The notes under the pieces were generated by a model. It was not told the origin of the DNA. It worked only from the letters and a program-made list of their open reading frames with translations, and did no database searches. A DNA stretch of 64,000 nt from Myxococcales bacterium. Its GTDB lineage: Bacteria; Myxococcota_A; UBA9042. The stretch spans positions 1,284 through 65,283 of the forward strand of contig SHZD01000002.1 of NCBI GenBank assembly GCA_009692465.1. Reading direction: 5' to 3'. Numbering within the stretch: position 1 is the first letter of the stretch; each line of letters opens with the position of its first letter. Below are positions 57,463-64,000 of the stretch, one piece after another. The position numbers and the translations under genes are program-made.

Positions 57463-59283
57463 ATGGAACAATTGGCACACTCTTGGGCAAGGCCGTTCGC
57501 GCCGAGTACTTTGCGGTGGTTAACCGTTGCTCGGCACTGGTCAAAGTGCGCCGCGCTCGTCGGCGCGGTTGCGTGTGCTGGCGAGGTCAAACCGCCGACG
57601 ACGGTCGAATTGGCCGTTCGCAAACCGGTTGCCAGCGAGGACAACCCGTTCGGCTTGGCCGGCGACAAGTTTGTGGCCATTACTGCGGAGGTCCCCGGGG
57701 TTCTGGACGGCACCTACCGCTCGGTCAAACCCTACGCCCCAGGCGCCGCGCTCGATTTGGGTTGTACCTCTGCAACCGCATGTCCTGGTATCCCTTACGC
57801 AACTGGTGTCCAGGTCCGCGTAGAGTTATGGTCCAGCGACAAAGGTGCGCCCGCGCCGCCCGTTGTCGGCCGCGGTCGTTCGGTGCCGTTTGAGCAAGCC
57901 AAGGGCGGCGCCACCAAGAAACTCATGCCGTACGTCACCCGCACCAATCGCTTTGCCCCCGCCGAGTCCGACGCCGGAAGCAAGGCGCTCATTGCGGCCA
58001 AAGCCGGCGCCGCCACTGCGACTCAACCCGGGCCGGATGGCAATGTCTATATTATCGGCGGCGCCGAGCCATTACCAAACAAAAACAATGCATTTGATAT
58101 CGCCAGCTATACCAATTTTTCCGACGCCATCGCCAAGTATTCGCCCAATTTGCGCCAAGTCGGTATGGTCAGCGACCTAGGCCCAGACTACCGCCTAAAG
58201 GTGGCGCGCGCGTTTCATTCCGCGGCAGCCAGCCGCAACATCGTCGCCATTGTCGGCGGTTACATCGCGGGTCAAAACAGCGCCAAATTCACCAACTCCA
58301 TTGAGTACATTGAAAGCAACGACAAGGTGCGCACAAGCATTGGCAAGTCGCCCGATTTGGTCTTCGCCCGCGCCGGCGCGAGCGTCGTGTGCCTTTTTGA
58401 CGACGACGAGTATTTTCTGATTCTGGCCGGCAAAGGCGAAATCGACTGCACCAAGGAGGCCTACTGCGCCGGTAACACTTGGGAATTATGGCATAAAACT
58501 GCAGGAAACCTGGCTCAAGGACAACTCAAGGATCCGCGCTGGAATCACGCGGTCGTCAAAGTACCAAGTGCCGATGGCGGCTATGTCATGCTCATCGGTG
58601 GCGAAAATGACGTCGGCGTGCTGCAGACCTTTGAAGTAATTCAGTATTCTAAACAAGGGTTTGTGTCCAAAAAGGGTCAGGCCTGCAAGCCCGAAGCCAA
58701 AGGCTACGGCACCTGCGAACCACCGACTTCTTCGACATTTTACTGGGAACCGCTTACTCAGGGGCTTCCCGTTGCCCGCACGCTGCCCGGCGCGTTGTTT
58801 TCAACCGTCCCCCGTGGTACGGCCAACTTCGACTATCGCTACGTGTACATCGTGGGTGGCTTTGAAGACACCGCACACACCAAACCGTTGGCCCGTATGG
58901 ATGTTTTCAACATTGGCAAAGGCAGTTATCTCAATCCAGATGGTTACCCGATGCAGGTCGCGCGCGGCGCGCCGATGGTAGCGCTGGTGCCCCATGGGCC
59001 CACCGAAGGGCAAGTCTTGATTGCCGGCGGCAGTAAGTCGGACACCCAGCATCTGAACAGCGCGGAATTCGTGTTTGTTCGCGTGGTTGATCGCACAGTG
59101 TCGCCGCCGACCACGTCGATCGAAATCGCCCCAGTGGACAATGATCTGCCCGACGGCGTGCGCGTCTTGGGCAACGCGGTGGCTCTCAACACCGGGCACG
59201 TCCTCGTGGTCGGCGGCGTCGGCACCGGTGCTGGCAATGCCCTTGAAGTTCGCAACGAGATTGCCTTATGGAATCCTTTTTGA
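57463..59283 (+). CDS. Kelch-repeat (beta-propeller) lipoprotein
   Basis: Lipobox AVAC; repeated V(Y/L)I.GG and (A/P)R..H motifs. Confidence 0.85.
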   Translation: MEQLAHSWARPFAPSTLRWLTVARHWSKCAALVGAVACAGEVKPPTTVELAVRKPVASEDNPFGLAGDKFVAITAEVPGVLDGTYRSVKPYAPGAALDLGCTSATACPGIPYATGVQVRVELWSSDKGAPAPPVVGRGRSVPFEQAKGGATKKLMPYVTRTNRFAPAESDAGSKALIAAKAGAATATQPGPDGNVYIIGGAEPLPNKNNAFDIASYTNFSDAIAKYSPNLRQVGMVSDLGPDYRLKVARAFHSAAASRNIVAIVGGYIAGQNSAKFTNSIEYIESNDKVRTSIGKSPDLVFARAGASVVCLFDDDEYFLILAGKGEIDCTKEAYCAGNTWELWHKTAGNLAQGQLKDPRWNHAVVKVPSADGGYVMLIGGENDVGVLQTFEVIQYSKQGFVSKKGQACKPEAKGYGTCEPPTSSTFYWEPLTQGLPVARTLPGALFSTVPRGTANFDYRYVYIVGGFEDTAHTKPLARMDVFNIGKGSYLNPDGYPMQVARGAPMVALVPHGPTEGQVLIAGGSKSDTQHLNSAEFVFVRVVDRTVSPPTTSIEIAPVDNDLPDGVRVLGNAVALNTGHVLVVGGVGTGAGNALEVRNEIALWNPF

Positions 59284-59406
59284 CAGGTTCGGTGCCGGTT
59301 GAGCCCAAGTCGAGTCTGCAAATCGCTCGGTGTGATGCGGTTCAGACCGCTAATGTGGTGTCGCCCGGGCCGGGGTAGTTCGGTTCGGTCAGCCGTTGTG
59401 CCTTCA

Positions 59407-59448
59407 CAATTGCACGTTGACGACGGTTCAATTGCACTTTGACGACGG
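59407..59448 (+). repeat. 20-bp direct repeat at 22-bp period, CAATTGCAC(G/T)TTGACGACGG
   Basis: Read directly; the second copy contains a TTGACG -35-like hexamer. Confidence 0.8.
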
Positions 59449-59608
59449 CGCCCGCTCGGGCACACTATGGGTCCCGCGCCGCTGGCGACAGCTGCGTAGC
59501 TAAGGCCGCCTCCGAGCGCTCAGGTTATCTCGTACAAGTTACCCCCGCAGTGCGCTTGCCCTGCCACCCATCCTAGAGCCGATCGGCCACCCTGGAGAGC
59601 AATCCACC

Positions 59609-62600
59609 TTGCAGCGCTTGCCTACACCTCACCGGCAGAGCACAGCGCGCGCTCCAGCCTATTCGTGTCCGAAACCATTACATGCCTTTGTCGGAAAACT
59701 ATTTGCAATTGTTGCTACTATTTGCGCTTTGGTTGCCGCGCCAGACGCTCATGCTGTCGTCATTGGCACCTATCCGCAAACGCCGACGGAATTCAAAGTT
59801 CATGGCAAGGCCGTCCAACTGGGGGCGTCGCTTGTCACCAACTTCACCGACTACCGCTTCAACGACAAGCTCAAGCCGGAATCCGCCGACACCGTCAAGA
59901 TTGCTCAAAAGTTACCGCAAGATGCGGTGATCATTGCCGCCTACTTGTATTGGGGCGGCTCCCAATTGGCCGCCGAGGCCGACAGCAACGCCACATTTAC
60001 GGTAGCCGACGGATTTTCATCCAATGTCGAGGCTGACGTCTGTCAGGCCCGCACGGATACCGCGGGCAGTGGCACCCACTTTTTGTGTCGCAAAGACGTG
60101 ACAGCGCTCATCGCCGCCCACCCCGGCAGCGATTTTTGGAACGGCAATTACAAAGTCGGCGACGTCAGCGCCAAAGTGGCGGCCATCAAGTTCAAATCGC
60201 CTAACACCAATGATTGCGGGACCAAGCCCACGGGCGTGCCCGAAGATGTGTGCTGCGCGCCCAGCGACGGCTTCTGTCAGGCCCGCCATGCCTCGTGGTC
60301 GCTGGTCATGGTTTACGACACCAAGTTCAGCGAATCCACCCAGCGTGACATTTTCCTGTACGACGGCTTCGTTCTGCTCGACGAGACTCCGACCAGCACT
60401 GGCCAGATTTTCTTTACCATCAACAACTTCTTGGTCGGCGACCCGCCAGACGCCCAATTGGCCTACTACGCCATGGAAGGTGACAAGCAATTGGGCAATC
60501 CGGCGCAGGACCCGCCGGGCACCGCCGATAGCCCACCGTGTGGAACATGTTTTGATTTCGTGCAGTTTAACGGCACCAAGCTGACGGGCGGCGCCGGTAA
60601 CAACGACGTTAACAACATCATGAACTCGACGCCAGAAGCGGGTATCGATCTGGATTCATTCGATATCTCGCCACTGGTCAAGACCGGTGACACGTCGGCG
60701 ACGTTTCTGGTGTCGTCCGGCAATGGCTCACTGGCCGACAACACCCAGCAGGTCAACAACGCCGGGGCCGGCGAGATGTTTCTGTACGGCTATACGTTGC
60801 TGCAGATCAATCGCAAAGCCCCAAATTTCAAGAACATTATCAGCGGGTTGTCGGTCAATGCCAGCGAGGCTTCCGCTGGCGACGTGCTCACTTTTACGCT
60901 CGACCTGCTCAACAACGGCCAACTTGACGCCGAAAACAGCGTAGCCAAGCTCGGGTCCTTTCCGCCGCCCGGCCTCGACTATGTGGCCAATTCAACAACT
61001 GTCGACGGCGTGGCCCAGCCCGATGTCGGTGGCACGTCACCGCTCGCGACCGGCCTCAATTTGGGCAACATCACCAATACAGCTGGCGGCAAATCGGTCC
61101 GCAAGATCACTTTCAAATTCAAAGTGAAATCGCCACCGGGCGTCAATGAGGTCACCGCATTTTCGGTGCTGGACTACCAGTACAAGGGCAGCGCCGCCTC
61201 CACCACCATCTACAAGGACCAGTACGTCGGCAACCCCGTGACGGTCAAGATCGTTGCGCCCAAGCTGGCGACGCCCAAGCTGACCGCCCAACCTACTGCC
61301 GCCGCACCGGGAGCGAATATCACCTTCAATCTGGAACTGGAAAATATCGGCACCAACCCAATTCTGGTCAATTTTGACTGGGCCGCGCCGCCGGAAATGC
61401 AGTTGGGATTGACGCTCACCTGCCCAGCCAGCGTGCTGATTGGAACCACCAAGCTCAGCGTGTCCCAAACGGCTGGGGTCAATGGCACCGGCGCGGTCGC
61501 AGCGGTCAACTTGCAACTGGCTCCAGGGCAAAAAGTGCTGTGCAACTGGGAGGCTGCGGTGCTCAGCGCTCCGCAATTGACGGCCAAGGGCGTCAACCCG
61601 ATCAACAACCACGCCGTTCTGTCCCAAGCCAGCGTGACCGCAGACGGTAAGCTGCTGGTGTCGGACGATCCGGCCCAATCTGGGGCCACTGATCCGACCA
61701 AAGTGCTGCTATCGGCGCTGTCGGTTTTTACGACGTCGAGCAAGTCGGTCACCGACCTGAGTCCGTCGACCCCGCTGTTGGCCGGTGATCAGGTGCAATT
61801 TACGCTGACGCTGGTCAATACCGGACCCGTTTCAGGCACCGTAACCGTGACCGATCCATTGCCCTCGGCGCTCGAATTCGTGTCGACGAGCAGTCCAGAG
61901 TTGGTGCTCAACGGCGGAACGCTGCAAGCCAGTAATGTCGTGATTGCTGCCGGCGCGACTAAGAACCTGATTTTTATTGCTAAAATCAAGGATTCGACCC
62001 CGCCCGGTACGTCGTTCGCCAATGTGGCGACCATCAGCCCCAACGACGGCGGCCCGCCCAAAGTGATTCAAACCCTGCCGCAAACCGTGCCAGTCGGCCC
62101 CGATCTGGCCACTTCGACCAAGAGCGCGGTGGACACCAATGGCGGTGACTTAGAACCGGGCGATTCGCTGCTCTACACGCTGACGTTTAAGAATTCGGGC
62201 AAAGAAGACACGGGCACTTTTCAAGTTGTCGATCCGATCGACCCTAATATCGTTGAAGTTACCGGCATTACCGCTGGCGGTGTGCTCGATCAGGCTAGCA
62301 AGCAAATCTCCTGGAGTGTGCCGCCGATCGCCGCGGGTGGTCAGGTGCTCCTGCAGTTCACCGCCAAAATCGGGGCGCTGGTGCCGACAGGGACGACTAT
62401 CACCAATCAGGCGACCGCCAGTGGCGGCGAACTGTCCAAGCCGACTGCGGTTTCGGCCTCGATCAAAGTCCAGGCGCAGCCCAATATCTCGGTGTTCACC
62501 AATTCCGTGACGTCGTCGGCTGGCAGTGCCTTTAATCCAGGCGACACCGTGACCTACGTGTATACCGTGCAAAATACCGGTAGCGGTGCGGTGCAAAAGG

Positions 62601-64000
62601 CCCTGCTTTCGGCCGGTTTTGATGCCAGCCTGCAGATTGTCTCGACCACAGGTGGTGGCCAAATAACCGGTCAGACGATCAACTGGGACTTGGCGACGCT
62701 GGCTAAGGGGCAACCTGCGGTAACGATTACTGTCGTTGCCAAGCTGGCAGCCGTTGTCGCCCAAAACAAGCTAGTGTCGAACCAAGCGCAGTTGGTCGGC
62801 GAAGGGCTTGGGGCTCCGGCGCTCTCGGACGACTCAAAACTGCCAGGAAAAACTGATCCAACAGTGTTTACGGTCACTTCTGCGCCCACTTTGGTCACTT
62901 CGCAAAAGTCGTTTGTCGATGCTAATGGCGGTCAAGTGCAGGGCGGCGACCAAGTGACGTTCAAGGTGACGGTGGCCAACACCGGCAACGCCGCAGCGTC
63001 GGCTGTGGTGGTGACCGACACCCTGGCTGCGCAATTGACCCAGGTCGTGGTTCAAGGGGGCACTTTTGACGCCGTGACCCGCATCGTCAAGTGGAACGCG
63101 CTGGCGACGGTGGTGCCCGGCGACAAGCCGATCGAGCTGACGGTGGTCGCGGTAGTCGACAAAGCGACTCCGTCGGGGACCTTGGTCAGCAACTTCGCGG
63201 ACTTGACCTTTACCGAAACGCCCAAGGTCGCCAAAACCAACACCGTGAGCTTCACGGTGGTCAATCTGCCGGACTTTGGCGCCTCGACCAAAGCGGTCAG
63301 CGCGGCTGTAATTGGCGCGGGCGAGGCTGTCACCTGGACCATCACCGTCGTCAACTCCGGCAATCAGGCTGGCAACAACATCATCGTGACCGATCCGTTG
63401 CCGTCCCAAGTCGAGGGATTGGTATTGTCCGATGGCGGCGCCGTCGATGCCACCGGCAAGGCGACCTTTACCTTGGCGTCATTGGCCGCAGGCGCGAGTA
63501 AGTCGCTGACGATCACCGCTAAGCTCAAGAAACCACTCGACAAGGACACCAAAGTTTGCAATCAGGCGAGTGTCGTTTCGACCGAAAACACCGCCCCGTC
63601 GCCGACCAATCCGCCCGGCGCGGTGCCCAAGCCTGGTGGCGAACCGACCTGTTTTGTTGTCAACTCCGCGGCCAAACTGACTGTTCATAAAGACGTCTTT
63701 GACAGCAAGTCTGGGGTGCAACTCAATGGCGGGGTGGCCAAGCCCAAGCAAGTGTTGCGTTGGCAGATCAAGGTCCAAAATAGCGGCAATGCGATCGCCA
63801 AAGATGTGGTGATTCAGGACCTTATTTCGACCAACCTGAGCGATATCGTGCCTTTGGACGGCGGCACTTTGGACGCAACGGGCAAGATTTTGACTTGGCC
63901 CGTGGTGCCGACACTGGGAACCGGGGCCGCCGACCAAATTGTGGTGCGGTTTGACGCCACGGTGCCCGCTGGGGCCGACAATGGGCTGGCCATTGCCAAT
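59609..64000 (+). CDS. Giant secreted DUF11-repeat surface protein (runs off the window; absent from the ORF track)
   Basis: TTG 59609 after GGAG; signal ending PDAHA; AAYLYWGGS; repeated K.V.D.NGG...PGD.L.YT..V.N.G...V.DPLP units; same frame at the window end. Confidence 0.88.
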   Translation, partial: MQRLPTPHRQSTARAPAYSCPKPLHAFVGKLFAIVATICALVAAPDAHAVVIGTYPQTPTEFKVHGKAVQLGASLVTNFTDYRFNDKLKPESADTVKIAQKLPQDAVIIAAYLYWGGSQLAAEADSNATFTVADGFSSNVEADVCQARTDTAGSGTHFLCRKDVTALIAAHPGSDFWNGNYKVGDVSAKVAAIKFKSPNTNDCGTKPTGVPEDVCCAPSDGFCQARHASWSLVMVYDTKFSESTQRDIFLYDGFVLLDETPTSTGQIFFTINNFLVGDPPDAQLAYYAMEGDKQLGNPAQDPPGTADSPPCGTCFDFVQFNGTKLTGGAGNNDVNNIMNSTPEAGIDLDSFDISPLVKTGDTSATFLVSSGNGSLADNTQQVNNAGAGEMFLYGYTLLQINRKAPNFKNIISGLSVNASEASAGDVLTFTLDLLNNGQLDAENSVAKLGSFPPPGLDYVANSTTVDGVAQPDVGGTSPLATGLNLGNITNTAGGKSVRKITFKFKVKSPPGVNEVTAFSVLDYQYKGSAASTTIYKDQYVGNPVTVKIVAPKLATPKLTAQPTAAAPGANITFNLELENIGTNPILVNFDWAAPPEMQLGLTLTCPASVLIGTTKLSVSQTAGVNGTGAVAAVNLQLAPGQKVLCNWEAAVLSAPQLTAKGVNPINNHAVLSQASVTADGKLLVSDDPAQSGATDPTKVLLSALSVFTTSSKSVTDLSPSTPLLAGDQVQFTLTLVNTGPVSGTVTVTDPLPSALEFVSTSSPELVLNGGTLQASNVVIAAGATKNLIFIAKIKDSTPPGTSFANVATISPNDGGPPKVIQTLPQTVPVGPDLATSTKSAVDTNGGDLEPGDSLLYTLTFKNSGKEDTGTFQVVDPIDPNIVEVTGITAGGVLDQASKQISWSVPPIAAGGQVLLQFTAKIGALVPTGTTITNQATASGGELSKPTAVSASIKVQAQPNISVFTNSVTSSAGSAFNPGDTVTYVYTVQNTGSGAVQKALLSAGFDASLQIVSTTGGGQITGQTINWDLATLAKGQPAVTITVVAKLAAVVAQNKLVSNQAQLVGEGLGAPALSDDSKLPGKTDPTVFTVTSAPTLVTSQKSFVDANGGQVQGGDQVTFKVTVANTGNAAASAVVVTDTLAAQLTQVVVQGGTFDAVTRIVKWNALATVVPGDKPIELTVVAVVDKATPSGTLVSNFADLTFTETPKVAKTNTVSFTVVNLPDFGASTKAVSAAVIGAGEAVTWTITVVNSGNQAGNNIIVTDPLPSQVEGLVLSDGGAVDATGKATFTLASLAAGASKSLTITAKLKKPLDKDTKVCNQASVVSTENTAPSPTNPPGAVPKPGGEPTCFVVNSAAKLTVHKDVFDSKSGVQLNGGVAKPKQVLRWQIKVQNSGNAIAKDVVIQDLISTNLSDIVPLDGGTLDATGKILTWPVVPTLGTGAADQIVVRFDATVPAGADNGLAIAN

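Noticed and set aside
59465-59560. c-di-GMP-I (GEMM) riboswitch upstream of the adhesin
   Set aside because: A GNRA hairpin is present but the GGxAAAC and GACGCAAAGC consensus segments are missing; kept only as a low-interest finding.
59665-60036. Short ORFs suggesting a frameshifted start of the DUF11 gene
   Set aside because: The third frame is open from TTG 59609 with a good signal peptide; the ORF track missed it because it has no stop in the window.

Overview
GC-rich bacterial chromosome segment. The gene content (eukaryotic-like Ser/Thr kinase, FHA-type sigma-54 activator, PEGA and kelch proteins, giant Cys-rich lipoproteins) suggests a Myxococcota-like organism; this is inference. Housekeeping genes (rplM-rpsI, metK, tatD, tcdA, bcp, ilvE, rplY-pth-rpsF-rpsR-rplI, glmU, pyk, trmFO) are interspersed with secreted and surface proteins, a Tat-exported PhoD, several thiol-redox proteins and the 5' part of a giant DUF11-repeat gene. 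No tRNA, rRNA, CRISPR array or transposase was seen. The main unexplained structure is a dense set of non-autonomous miniature inverted-repeat elements (MITE-like, at least five types), some nested inside each other with visible target duplications and some sitting on stop codons. The commonest is a 207-bp CTAG-bounded composite element in 5 copies. It carries an IHF consensus followed 16 bp later by a DnaA-box consensus (TTATACACA), enclosed by its left inverted repeat. The most unusual protein is a four-domain VKOR-DsbA-FGE/sulfatase-like-TlpA fusion.
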